Shown: positions 39,662 through 49,726 of the stretch, piece after piece
Position numbering within the stretch: the stretch's first letter is position 1
Layout: the number at the start of each line of letters is the position of its first letter
Virus record (IMG/VR): IMGVR_UViG_3300038465_000039
Location: 25,261 to 89,260 of that record
Origin: a virus
Length of the DNA stretch: 64,000 nt
Reading direction: 5' to 3' (one strand)
Notes under the pieces: generated by a model
What the model was told of the DNA's origin: nothing
The model's input: only the letters and a program-made list of their open reading frames with translations
Databases searched by the model: none
Translations under genes and position numbers: made by a program

Positions 39662-40159
39662 ATGGCTGGACGCGGCGGTAGACGGCCTAACTCAGGCCGC
39701 AAGAAGGGCAAGACCGGGCCGAACAAGGCCACGATCGAGCGTGCCGCACTGGCCGAGCGCATCATCGCCGAAGCGGCGGGCAAGCCGGGCCGGAAGCTTG
39801 GGCGGGAACTGGTCGAGGAATTCGCTGTGATGTTTGCCGGGTTGGCCGCTATGTTCCAGCCGACGTCGGCCATGGGTGGCCCTCTGACTGCGACCGACGT
39901 GGAAGCGTGGGCCAAAAGCTACCGGGAACCGCTATTTGAGAAGTACGCGAAGCTGGCGGCGAGATGCGCCAATGACTTTGCTGATTTCCAAAGCCCGCGG
40001 ATGAGCCGTGTGCAAGTAGCGGCGCCGGCACCTGAGGCTCGAGGTCAGGTCAAGAAGAAGTTCACTGTGGGGATATTCGATGGCCAGGGCCGCAAGGCCC
40101 CGCGGCACATCACCGTGAAGCCGAACTCGTCGGTGACAGCACCTGCGAAGCTGAACTGA
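39662..40159 (+). CDS. Putative terminase small subunit
   Basis: GGRRPNSGRKKG...PNKAT N-terminus; directly upstream of TerL. Confidence 0.7.
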   Translation: MAGRGGRRPNSGRKKGKTGPNKATIERAALAERIIAEAAGKPGRKLGRELVEEFAVMFAGLAAMFQPTSAMGGPLTATDVEAWAKSYREPLFEKYAKLAARCANDFADFQSPRMSRVQVAAPAPEARGQVKKKFTVGIFDGQGRKAPRHITVKPNSSVTAPAKLN

Positions 40160-40163
40160 CATC

Positions 40164-41465
40164 GTGGCCGGGAAGTCTGCTGGCGCGGTCCCCAACATCG
40201 AGGAATATCTCCTCGAATACGAGCGACCGTATCTCTACCCGAAACAACTCGACGCGATCTTCGACGCGCGGCGCTATAGTTGGATCGAGGCATCGACTAA
40301 GGCCGGGAAGACATCTGCGTGTATCGTCTGGATATTTGAGCAGGCGCTGCACGGCCAAGAGGGATGGAACTACTGGTGGATTGCACCGGTGTCCGGTCAG
40401 GCCGATATCGCGTTTCGCCGCGCGCTACGTGCAATACCGCAGGAATTGAGGAACGAAAATCAGACTCTTAAGACGATCACGCTGATCAACGGCGCGGTGA
40501 TCTGGTTCAAGTCGGCCGACAAGCCGGACTCGCTTTACGGCGAAGATGTCTATGCCGCTGTGATGGATGAGGCGAGTCGCACCAAGGAAGATGCTTGGTA
40601 CGCTGTGAGATCGACTCTGACAGCAACGCGCGGACCGATACGCTTGATTGGGAATGTGCGCGGGCGCAGGAATTGGTTTTATCAAAATGCTCGGAAGGCC
40701 GAGCGCGGCGAAGATCCAAACCACGGTTACCACAAGATCACCGCAGTCGACGCGATAGCTGCGTATGTCCTTGAGCAGGAAGAGGTCGACGACGCGCGCA
40801 AAGTTCTGCCCGAGGCGGTCTTCAAAGAGCTCTACCTCGCTGAGCCATCCGACGATCAAGGCAATCCGTTTGGCCTGAAGGCGATCGCAAGGTGCGTTCA
40901 GCCGATGAGTGCCGGCGCCATCCCGGTGGTGCATGGTCTCGATTTTGCGAAATCGCAGGACTGGACCGTCGACTGCGGTCTCGATGAGCACGGCCGTCTT
41001 GCGAAATTTCTTCGCATGCAGATCGGATGGGAAGCGCAGATACCGATCTTGCGGGCATCGATCGGCACGACGCCGACGCTCGGCGACTCGACCGGTGTCG
41101 GCGACCCGATTATCGAACGCCTGCAGAAGGCTCCAGGCTCCAAGGTCGAGGGCTACATCTTCAGCCCGGGATCGAAGCAGCGGCTGATGGAAGGTCTCGC
41201 GCTCGCTATTCAGTCCGGCGACGTCTCATTTCCGGATGCGCCCGACGGCGTACTGCCGCACGATCATCCCGGCCACATACTTCGCGAACTGGAAATGTTC
41301 GAATACGAGTTTACCCGGACCGGCGTCCGCTATTCTGCGCCGGCCGGATACCATGATGACTGCGTCATGGCGCTTGCGCTGGCGGTCATGCACCGAACCC
41401 ATGCGAGGCTACCGATGAAGATCAGCAAATCGGTTCTTGCCAGAGCGCAGGGCGGTCGCCGGTGA
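40164..41465 (+). CDS. Terminase large subunit
   Basis: Walker A STKAGKT, VMDEA, GLDFAKSQD, DSTGVGDP, HDDCVMALAL. Confidence 0.93.
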   Translation: MAGKSAGAVPNIEEYLLEYERPYLYPKQLDAIFDARRYSWIEASTKAGKTSACIVWIFEQALHGQEGWNYWWIAPVSGQADIAFRRALRAIPQELRNENQTLKTITLINGAVIWFKSADKPDSLYGEDVYAAVMDEASRTKEDAWYAVRSTLTATRGPIRLIGNVRGRRNWFYQNARKAERGEDPNHGYHKITAVDAIAAYVLEQEEVDDARKVLPEAVFKELYLAEPSDDQGNPFGLKAIARCVQPMSAGAIPVVHGLDFAKSQDWTVDCGLDEHGRLAKFLRMQIGWEAQIPILRASIGTTPTLGDSTGVGDPIIERLQKAPGSKVEGYIFSPGSKQRLMEGLALAIQSGDVSFPDAPDGVLPHDHPGHILRELEMFEYEFTRTGVRYSAPAGYHDDCVMALALAVMHRTHARLPMKISKSVLARAQGGRR

Positions 41466-43978
41466 CAGTCACCCGCTACAAGCGCGACCGGTCCTCGGAT
41501 GCCATTAGGGACGCCGTGATGGGCGTCATTCGCCACAAGCGCGAAGCACAGCCGGCTGAGACCGCGAAGCCGGCGCCCCCCGCAGGCGATCTGAAGGCCC
41601 GTTCGGTGGAGGACCTGGAGAAGCACCACGCCGAAGTCGTCGCTCCGATGAAGATTAGCCCGACCACGTTGGCGCTCGCCAGGTCGAAGCGACGAGCGGG
41701 TGCCATCCAGGAGCAGGCTATCCGCAGCTCGTTCAAGGCTTATGAACCGCCACCGAATGTCCTGCCGAGTGGTGCTAAACCGGACATGGCGCTCGATAGC
41801 GGGCTCCAAGGCTGGGCTGAAACATCGGCAACGAATGCGTGGAACTTTGCTGGCGCGTTCAACAATTCCTTTGCGGAGGGAATAGGCTTTCTCGGCTACG
41901 CGTATCTTTCACAACTCACTGAACGTCCGGAGTACCGTCGAATCTCGGAACGCATCGCGATCGAGATGACGCGGAAATGGATCAGGCTCACGGTCTCAGG
42001 CGAGGCCGATCCGGAATCGGAGGGTGGCGACGACGACGCGAAAGCCAATGATGGCTTCGGTTACGATCGCCAGCCCGATGCTGATCTCGATGATGAGGAG
42101 CAAGACGACGCGGATGGTGCCGGCGGTGCCGTGGCTGATTTTGACGACGATCAAGATGATGAACCTACACCGGAAGAAAAGGCCCAGCGGAAACGCAACG
42201 AGGCCCTTCAGAAAAAGCTGAAGGAAATCGATGCGGACATGAAGCGCCTCGATGTCCGCGGCAAGTTCAAGAGCATCGCTGAGTTCGACGGCTGGATGGG
42301 CCGTTCACACCTCTACATCGATACGGGTGATGGCGACGATCCCGATGAACTGAAGAGCAACCTCGGCAACGGCAGCGATGATATCAGCAAGGGGAAGTTC
42401 AAGAAGGGTTCACTTCGGAACATAAAGAACATCGAAGCGATCTGGTGTTATCCGGTCAACTACAACGCCAACGATCCTCTTGCTGATGATTGGTACAATC
42501 CGCAGGTCTGGTTCGCGATGGCGAAGCAGATACATGTTTCCCGACTACTGACATTCGTTGGCCGGCCATTACCGGATATTCTCAAACCGTCATATGCGTT
42601 CGGCGGCTTGTCGATGTCGCAGATGGCGAAGCCTTATGTCGATAATTGGCTGAGGACACGCCAGGCCGTTACGAACCTGATTGAATCGTTCTCGACGAGT
42701 GGCGTCTACACCAATGCGCAATCCTTGCTGCAGGGTGGTGGTGAAGAGGTTCTCGACCGTATCGAGATGTTCAATGCCAATCGATCCAATCTCGGATCGA
42801 TGGTGCTCGATAAAGAGACCGAGGAGTTCTTCAATATTTCGACGCCGCTCGGGACGCTCGACCAACTGCAGGCGCAGAGTCTTGAGCAGTTGGCTGTGGT
42901 TTCCGGCATCCCGCTTATCGTGTTGCTCGGAATCTCGCCCCATGGGCTCAACGCCACATCGGAAGGGGAGCTCAGAACATTTTTTGACCTCATCCACGCG
43001 ATGCAGGAAAACCTGTTCCGGGACAAGCTGAAACGAGTCATCGACTTCATTCAGTTGCACCTCTACGGCGAAGTCGACCCAGCGATCGGCTTCGAGTTTG
43101 AACCGCTATGGTCACTCGACGAAAAGGGCGAAGCCGAGGTCCGCAAGATCAAAGCGGAAACGCACATGATCTATGTCGACGGTGGCATATTCGGTCAGGA
43201 GGAAGTCCGCAATATCGAGATCGACGACGACGACAGTCCATACAACGGTCTCGATCCCGACGACATGCCAGATCTTCAGGCCGAGGAAGATGCCGGCCTC
43301 GTGCCTGGCGGCGGTTCATCCGAGGGCGGTGAGGGTGGCAGCAGTCGCGCCGACAACAAGGAAGTCGATGGTGCGGCAGATGAACTGCCTCTGATTGCTA
43401 TCGATGCGGCTTTCAACGAAGCCGACCATCCGCGCGCCGACAACGGCGAGTTCGGCGAGGGCGGCGGTGGTAAACCCAAGAAGGCCCGGCTTACGCCAAC
43501 TGAAAAGTCCTATCTCGATAGTTACAGCGGTGATGACTTTCTCAAACTGAACGAGAAGCTGCGATCCGGGGAAGACACTGGCGCTGCGACGGCAAAGATC
43601 GATTCGGCGATCTCTAAATCGACCATTGAACCGGGCACGAAGCTATATCGAGGTATCAGCAAGGACGCGCTCAAGAAGCTTGTGGCCGGCGATAGCATCG
43701 AAGCCGGTCAGGTTTTGTCTGATGCCGGTTTCTTATCTACATCGTCCAGTCGCGATATCGCCGGCATGAATAGCATCGGTGGCGCACTCATAGAAATTGA
43801 AGTTGGTCAAGGCCAAAATGGTCTCGATATGTCAGAAATCAGCAGGAACAAGCACGAGAAAGAGGTTATCCTCCCGCGTAATTCGAAGATGAAGGTTCTC
43901 GGTCTCCGTGCTCCGAAAAAGCCCGGCGATCCAATTATCGTTCGAGTGGCGACCCATAATGAGGAGGAAGACTCATGA
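41462..43978 (+). CDS. DUF1073-type portal protein fused to a C-terminal ADP-ribosyltransferase domain
   Basis: EYRRISE...EMTRKW, IHVSRL, SGIP..LLG.SP.GLNATSEG; ART LNEKLR, LYRG, FLSTS, HEKEVILPR. Confidence 0.85.
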   Translation: MTVTRYKRDRSSDAIRDAVMGVIRHKREAQPAETAKPAPPAGDLKARSVEDLEKHHAEVVAPMKISPTTLALARSKRRAGAIQEQAIRSSFKAYEPPPNVLPSGAKPDMALDSGLQGWAETSATNAWNFAGAFNNSFAEGIGFLGYAYLSQLTERPEYRRISERIAIEMTRKWIRLTVSGEADPESEGGDDDAKANDGFGYDRQPDADLDDEEQDDADGAGGAVADFDDDQDDEPTPEEKAQRKRNEALQKKLKEIDADMKRLDVRGKFKSIAEFDGWMGRSHLYIDTGDGDDPDELKSNLGNGSDDISKGKFKKGSLRNIKNIEAIWCYPVNYNANDPLADDWYNPQVWFAMAKQIHVSRLLTFVGRPLPDILKPSYAFGGLSMSQMAKPYVDNWLRTRQAVTNLIESFSTSGVYTNAQSLLQGGGEEVLDRIEMFNANRSNLGSMVLDKETEEFFNISTPLGTLDQLQAQSLEQLAVVSGIPLIVLLGISPHGLNATSEGELRTFFDLIHAMQENLFRDKLKRVIDFIQLHLYGEVDPAIGFEFEPLWSLDEKGEAEVRKIKAETHMIYVDGGIFGQEEVRNIEIDDDDSPYNGLDPDDMPDLQAEEDAGLVPGGGSSEGGEGGSSRADNKEVDGAADELPLIAIDAAFNEADHPRADNGEFGEGGGGKPKKARLTPTEKSYLDSYSGDDFLKLNEKLRSGEDTGAATAKIDSAISKSTIEPGTKLYRGISKDALKKLVAGDSIEAGQVLSDAGFLSTSSSRDIAGMNSIGGALIEIEVGQGQNGLDMSEISRNKHEKEVILPRNSKMKVLGLRAPKKPGDPIIVRVATHNEEEDS

Positions 43979-44154
43979 TCGGAAGTTGTGACTGCTGTAA
44001 TCGAATTGACGTACCTGTGTCGCACGTCAGTGCTTGCTATGCTCATCCTGAAGCAACGGCATGCTTTCTTTGTCAGGGCGACAGTGAACCCGACCCTTAT
44101 GGCGAACTGGTCGTCGACGACGGCAACGAAGTCGAGATGGAAGACGACGACTGA
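43975..44154 (+). CDS. 59-aa Cys-rich protein
   Basis: Hand translation MIGSCDCC...ACFLCQG...DDD*; ATGA overlap with the portal stop. Confidence 0.5.
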   Translation: MIGSCDCCNRIDVPVSHVSACYAHPEATACFLCQGDSEPDPYGELVVDDGNEVEMEDDD

Positions 44155-44298
44155 TGAACCGAAGCGATCCAGTTGAAAAACGCAGGCTTGCATTGATGCG
44201 CCAGGCTTCCGGTCGTGCCAACAGCCGGTTCAGCATCGGCGGTTTGGTCAAGCAACGCGGCCACGCCCCGAAACCGATCACGCTGGCAACATGGTCCG

Positions 44299-44643
44299 AT
44301 GAACAGGACGAAGCTTCTGGCGGAACTGCTCGACCTGCATCTGTCGCGCACGATCAACCGACACGGGGCTGACCTCATGAGCTCAAAGTTGTCGATCGCC
44401 GCGGCCAAGATGCGGGAAAAGCGCAAAGCATGGGATGATCGAGCACAGTCGCTGATCGAGAATATGGACAAGCTCGATGTCCGTGCAAACGGCGCATTCG
44501 AGAAGCACGAGGATGCGCTTTCCAGCGCGGAGGCCGGCTTCCGCGAGATGGAAGACGCCATCCGGGATCTGGAAGGTGCAAACAACCCTCCGCAGGAGGG
44601 CTCCGGGCCAAGCTCGGACGAGTCGTTTCCAGAGGTCAAATAA
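44299..44643 (+). CDS. Coiled-coil hypothetical protein
   Basis: Helical ORF; start uncertain. Confidence 0.4.
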   Translation: MNRTKLLAELLDLHLSRTINRHGADLMSSKLSIAAAKMREKRKAWDDRAQSLIENMDKLDVRANGAFEKHEDALSSAEAGFREMEDAIRDLEGANNPPQEGSGPSSDESFPEVK

Positions 44644-44759
44644 ACCGCTGGCGTCCGCCTCAGATGCACTAGATCGGGCGGAAAGGCGCAATACCAGGAT
44701 TGCGCGACCGAATGTTAGACCGTATAGGTGACATCCCTTCAAGCATCGGGGAGGTCGCG

Positions 44760-45068
44760 ATGGGTCTGGCCGGGAAATTCATCTTCCACATGGGCGAGGA
44801 ATACTCCCGTCACGGCGAAATCATTGAGCAGATTTCGGATGAAATAATCCTTGTCCGCTTTGAGCATGGCTGCGCCAATTGTGAATGCAGCAACCGATCA
44901 AGCAGAATCGTACCGATCAGCATCAAGTCGCTGATGGTCGAGATCGGTGACTACGACGACGCCTGCGAGTTGTTCGAGACCCGTGCCGATCTGGACAAGT
45001 TTCTGACATGGCTGGAGACCCCTTCTGAAAAGGCTGAGCCGGCCAAGATCGTCAAGCTGGTAAATTGA
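44760..45068 (+). CDS. Hypothetical protein
   Basis: GGAGG RBS before MGLAGK. Confidence 0.55.
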   Translation: MGLAGKFIFHMGEEYSRHGEIIEQISDEIILVRFEHGCANCECSNRSSRIVPISIKSLMVEIGDYDDACELFETRADLDKFLTWLETPSEKAEPAKIVKLVN

Positions 45069-45072
45069 AGCC

Positions 45073-45693
45073 ATGAAGATTGTTACACTAGTCGAGGCTC
45101 GCAATACCCTGTCCAAACGGTATTTTACTGGAGTCCCCTGCAAGCGCGGGCACATAAGCGAGCGCAGAACGAGCACAAGGGCTTGTATCGCATGTTCCAG
45201 TTTCCATCGAGAGCAGAACGGTGATCAACACCGCTTTGCATCGCGAAGATGGGCTGCAAATAACAAGGAACGCGGAAAAGCTAACGGCATTAGGTGGCGG
45301 GCTGAGAACCGAGACTTAGTTAAACAAATAAGGCGAAATTGGTACGCTCTAAATTCCGCAAAGTGCGTGGCTGCCACCTTAGAATGGGCGAAGAAAAACC
45401 CGGAGAAGCGAAGCGCCACTGAGCGCCGACGCAAGGCGAGGAAGCGCGCCGCCGGGGGAAATCATACTGCCGACGATGTCGTTGAATTGTACAGGCTACA
45501 GCGTGGCAAGTGTGCTCATGCGTGGTGCAACGTATCCCTAAAACCTGGTTATCATGTTGACCACGTTCAGCCGCTAAAACGCGGCGGATCGAATGATCGG
45601 TCTAACATTCAGTTGCTTTGTCCTAGTTGCAATGTTCGGAAAAGCGCATCTGACCCGATTGAGTGGGCGCAGCGTCATGGACTCTTGTTGTAG
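45073..45693 (+). CDS. HNH homing endonuclease
   Basis: YFTGVPCKRGH; HVDHVQPLKRGGSNDRSNIQLLCPSCN. Confidence 0.9.
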   Translation: MKIVTLVEARNTLSKRYFTGVPCKRGHISERRTSTRACIACSSFHREQNGDQHRFASRRWAANNKERGKANGIRWRAENRDLVKQIRRNWYALNSAKCVAATLEWAKKNPEKRSATERRRKARKRAAGGNHTADDVVELYRLQRGKCAHAWCNVSLKPGYHVDHVQPLKRGGSNDRSNIQLLCPSCNVRKSASDPIEWAQRHGLLL

Positions 45694-46497
45694 ATGGCTA
45701 CGATCAGACGGACGAAGAAAACTCAACTCAGGCCAGTCCGTCCCAACGTCGGGATCATGCTGGCCTATCAAAAAAAACTTGATCGCTTGATCACTGACAT
45801 GCAAAAGTCTGTCGCTTTCCATATTCGAGCGGCTTACCGACAACATCCTCCATCAATGGCGCTTGACGATGCATTGCCAACCAATGCTCTGAAGAGGGTT
45901 ATAGAAACTCTCAAAAAACGTTGGTTAAAACAGTTCTCTGACGCCGCACCGAAGCTGGCGCAGTATTTCGCGACCGCGGTCAACAAGCGTACCGATGCTT
46001 CGCTGAAAAAGATATTGCGGGACGGCGGATTCTCAGTCCGCTTCCAGCAAACGCAGGCCATGAAAGATGTCGTCAAGGCCACGCTTGAGCAGAATGTGTC
46101 GCTCATCAAAAGCATACCTGAACAATTCTTGAAGAACGTCGAAGGCGATGTTTTCAGATCGATCCAGCGTGGTCGCGATCTCGGCGGTCTGACGAAGGCG
46201 CTCGAAAAGAACTATGGTGTCACACATCGGCGTGCGGCCTTCATCGCGCGTTCGCAGAACAATCTCGCAAGTGGTGCGATGACCGCGGTCAGATTTACCG
46301 AGCTCGGAATCGATACTGCCAAATGGCGCCATTCAGGCGGGGGCAAAACTAAAAGGCCCAGTCACGTTGCGAACAACGGAAAGACCTACAAAGTTTCTAC
46401 CGGCTGGTACGACCCCACTGTCAAGAAATTCATAGTTCCTGGAGAGCTCCCGAACTGCAGATGCGTGGCGATTCCAGTCGTCCCCGGATTCTCGTGA
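45694..46497 (+). CDS. MuF/SPP1 gp7-like head morphogenesis protein
   Basis: NVSLIKSIP, RAAFIAR.Q, RPSH...G, PGELPNCRC. Confidence 0.9.
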   Translation: MATIRRTKKTQLRPVRPNVGIMLAYQKKLDRLITDMQKSVAFHIRAAYRQHPPSMALDDALPTNALKRVIETLKKRWLKQFSDAAPKLAQYFATAVNKRTDASLKKILRDGGFSVRFQQTQAMKDVVKATLEQNVSLIKSIPEQFLKNVEGDVFRSIQRGRDLGGLTKALEKNYGVTHRRAAFIARSQNNLASGAMTAVRFTELGIDTAKWRHSGGGKTKRPSHVANNGKTYKVSTGWYDPTVKKFIVPGELPNCRCVAIPVVPGFS

Positions 46498-46620
46498 TCT
46501 GGCTTTCGTAGTTCGACCGGCGGAAACAAACCGCTGTCGACCCAAAGTGGGCGAGGGTACCGTTTCATCCACGAGCCAGCGCACATCTGTTGGCCCGATG
46601 CATGGTCAATACAGACCGAT

Positions 46621-46645
46621 GGAACAAATAAAACTCTGGCGCATT
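46621..46645 (+). promoter_or_regulatory. EcfG/sigma-T-type promoter
   Basis: GGAAC-N16-CATT upstream of a small membrane protein gene. Confidence 0.55.
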
Positions 46646-46676
46646 GCCTCGGCTTAACCCCCGGAGGATTACGTCG

Positions 46677-46838
46677 ATGGGTCTCATCATCCTGATACTG
46701 GTGCTGCTGTTCTTCTTCGGTGGTTTCGGAAACTACGGCGGTCGCGGTCAGTTTTACGGTGCCGGTGTCTACGGTGGTGGTGGTCTCGGTTTGATCGTGG
46801 TCGTTATCCTGATCCTTGTTTTGCTCGGCAGATTTTAG
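46677..46838 (+). CDS. Small Gly-rich membrane protein (DUF3309-like)
   Basis: GGAGG RBS; two hydrophobic helices, GGGGLGLIVVVILIL. Confidence 0.7.
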   Translation: MGLIILILVLLFFFGGFGNYGGRGQFYGAGVYGGGGLGLIVVVILILVLLGRF

Positions 46839-47103
46839 GAGTCGGCTATGGCAAACATCGGTCTGATCTTCCTGGCGTTCGCGTTCGTGTTCGCTTGCTT
46901 TTACACCTTCGGAATGAAGCAAATCGGCCGTGCCGACGTGCTCGGCTTGGTGCTTGCCTTCTGGATTGCAAGCGAGTTGATCGGTGCCTACCCTCGATTG
47001 TTTCATTGACGCGCCGGGATCGAGCGTTCTCAGCGATAGTCCGATATTACCTCCTGCGGAGCCGATGCCCCCTAGCATTTGCCGCGGATGCTGATATAAG
47101 GAT

Positions 47104-47367
47104 GATCTTCCGCAAGGGGTCGTAGAGCCTTCCCCTAGGTCGTAGCCAGTTTTCCGGTATCTGGCGCAACACAATACGACCGAAAACAGAAACCGGCGCG
47201 CACGTTGCCTCCATAGAGGGACAGAAGCGCGACATTTCGAGCCACCCCCGTAACGGTCGCAAGGCCAGAGGCGGGGAATGTTGGTCACCGACATGCGGAT
47301 CGAACGGTGACGGGTTTAGCGTCGATCACGTTTTGTAGAGGCCTCGACTTTACAGTCGGGGCCTTTT
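47104..47367 (+). ncRNA. Candidate structured non-coding RNA
   Basis: Extended -10 TGATATAAG (47092-47100), many nested helices, two possible pseudoknots, terminator at 47339-47367. Confidence 0.55.
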
Positions 47368-47396
47368 GCTTGTCGGGATTGCGGAGATCGCTTGTC

Positions 47397-47756
47397 ATGG
47401 CAAAGCTGGTCGTCCTGAACCGTCACTATTGGCCGAAGGGCGGCTACGGTCACTGGTGCCCGGGCTGCAACTCCGGGCACGAGATCAACGTCGACCAGCC
47501 GAATTCGTCGGGCGCGAAGTGGTCGTTCAACAACGACCCGCGCAAGCCTACCTTTTCGCCGAGCATCAACATGCGGGTGAACACGCAGGACATGGGCGAG
47601 CACTATCAGCCCGACATCGGAAGCACGGTCTGCCACTACTTCATTCGCGACGGTCACATCCAGTACCTCGGGGACTGTACGCACGAATTGAGGGGCCAAA
47701 CTGTCGATCTGCCGGACATGCCGCCCAATCAGTATCTTTCCTGTGCAAGGCTGTGA
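47397..47756 (+). CDS. DUF6527-like protein, copy 1
   Basis: WCPGC...WSFN...PTFSPSI...CHYFIRDG.I..L.DCTH. Confidence 0.75.
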   Translation: MAKLVVLNRHYWPKGGYGHWCPGCNSGHEINVDQPNSSGAKWSFNNDPRKPTFSPSINMRVNTQDMGEHYQPDIGSTVCHYFIRDGHIQYLGDCTHELRGQTVDLPDMPPNQYLSCARL

Positions 47757-48049
47757 CGTGAGTTCGCGCAAGGAATTGCTGCAAGCTGCCGGTGTCGTCG
47801 GCATCATGATCGCGGTGATGCTGATAGTGGTATTTATCGCGCGGAGATTTGTCTGATGTTGACTGTCCGGAAGAAACGCATACCAGCAAAAGGCTTTTCC
47901 GGGTTGGTCCGATACGGTCAAGCACGCCATGCGATGTATTGCGGATGGGCTTCCAATCTGCGGAAACTGGCTGCCCAATGTTCCAAGACCCATCTTGAGC
48001 AAATGCAGCAGCGTGCCTACATGCAGCGCCAATTTCGTCCTGTGCACTG

Positions 48050-48376
48050 ATGCAGGTCAGCCCGATACTCCGCAAGACTGTCACCGGACATGCGCACTGG
48101 TGTCCGGCGTGCGAGCAGGTCCACATCCTGCCGGACAGTTGGAAATTCAACGGCGATGTCGACAAGCCGACGTTCTCGCCAAGCTTCAAGCATACGCTGG
48201 TCGCACGGGCACCGCTGCACGGTCCTGATAATTTTCGGATTTGCCACTACATCCTGACCGACGGCAAAATTCAGTTCTGCCCGGACAGTTGGCATAAGCG
48301 TTCGGATATTGTATCGATGCCGCTGCTCCCTTCTCCTCACGAGGACGACGGGTTTCCGATCGAGACGCAGGACTGA
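48050..48376 (+). CDS. DUF6527-like protein, copy 2
   Basis: WCPAC...WKFNG...PTFSPS...CHYILTDG.I.FC.DSWH. Confidence 0.75.
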   Translation: MQVSPILRKTVTGHAHWCPACEQVHILPDSWKFNGDVDKPTFSPSFKHTLVARAPLHGPDNFRICHYILTDGKIQFCPDSWHKRSDIVSMPLLPSPHEDDGFPIETQD

Positions 48377-48576
48377 CCCATGAACTTAAAGTTCACCATC
48401 GAGGCTCGCGACGAGCACGGTCACGTCATTATCGACAAGACCGTGATCGAAACGAGCGGTGACGTCTCTGTCATTCCTGGAATGTATGTCGCAGCGAACG
48501 CCGTCGCCGGTGTCATCAACGAAAAGTTGGATAAGTGGACGTTCGATCAGAAAGAGATGCAGGAGAGCCAAGGCTG

Positions 48577-49056
48577 ATGCGTGAACATATTATTCCCTCG
48601 ATCGTCGCATCGGTGATCGCCTCCGGTGCCGCGATCGGCTTTGTCCATCTCGCGCACAAGCCGGTGGTGAACGTGGTCAACTCGGTTTCGACAAAACCGG
48701 TCTCAGATCAGAAGGCCGCACAACTCGCGAAGACGGTATGGCCCGAGATGGCGCAATCCGATATCGACAAGTTGACGGCGGCGGTGAAGGATCTGCCAGG
48801 CCTGCACCGCGTCACGATTTTTTGTGTCGAGGAGGGCAAGTGCGGTGATCTCGCGTTGAACCTGGACAATGCGTTCGAAAGCGCTCATTGGCAGAGCGAT
48901 GTCGTCAATTATCCGATGATCCAGCCAGGAATCATGACCGGCTCGAAAGTACTGCAGGCGGCCTTGATCGCGATTGGTATGGATGCGAAGCTTGACGAAA
49001 GCGTGCGCGCCAAGGAAGGCGATGCCATCGCTATCGGAAACCGCTATATCCCTTGA
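48577..49056 (+). CDS. Membrane-anchored hypothetical protein
   Basis: N-terminal hydrophobic helix; C-x5-C pair. Confidence 0.6.
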   Translation: MREHIIPSIVASVIASGAAIGFVHLAHKPVVNVVNSVSTKPVSDQKAAQLAKTVWPEMAQSDIDKLTAAVKDLPGLHRVTIFCVEEGKCGDLALNLDNAFESAHWQSDVVNYPMIQPGIMTGSKVLQAALIAIGMDAKLDESVRAKEGDAIAIGNRYIP

Positions 49057-49726
49057 AATAACAAGGCCCTCGCATCACGGGGTTGGAATGCAGAACTTCG
49101 GCAACTCAGTCGATTGGTGGACGACAACCAAGGCTTCTCCTGCTATCTTTCGACCATCCCATCTGACAGTTGAGATCGAGACCTATCTTCGCAGCGCGAT
49201 CGGTATTGATCCTGCAATTATCGCCGCGGAACTGAAACTTCCCGGTTTGGGTGAGAACCGTGTCCGGTCATGGCAGCGCCAACTCGGCTTGAGGCCGTGC
49301 GCGCCGAATAATGGTGCGGTCAAGCAGCGGTACGCGCTGGATCATCGTGGGCGTAATCGTGATGCCTGATATCTTCGATCCGTTACCGGTTAAGCCGAAG
49401 GCGACATCAAGCAATCTTGCCGGACCGCTCTGTATCGAGTGCGGCAAGAACCCCTCTGACGTTGTATGGGCGGCCGTTCTGATGGGGCGATGCCGAGATT
49501 GTGCTCGCGAGTGGGCGCTGCAGGTTCAGGCTGTTCATAGGGCTATGCGTTAGAGGTATAGTCATGGCTCAGCAGTGCGAGATCACGATTAGCCTTCGCT
49601 GGCGGTGGTGGGTATGGCCGCTGATGCGCGGTGCAGTGATCTGGTATTGTTGCGGCCTACCGGTCAATCCTCACAGGCTCGCTGACTGGATTGGTCGGCG
49701 CGGTGCCGTGATCGGTATCGACTGAC

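Noticed and set aside
41462-43260. Anti-CBASS Acb1 activity for the DUF1073 region
   Set aside because: No paired HxT/S phosphoesterase motifs seen; position and motifs fit a portal
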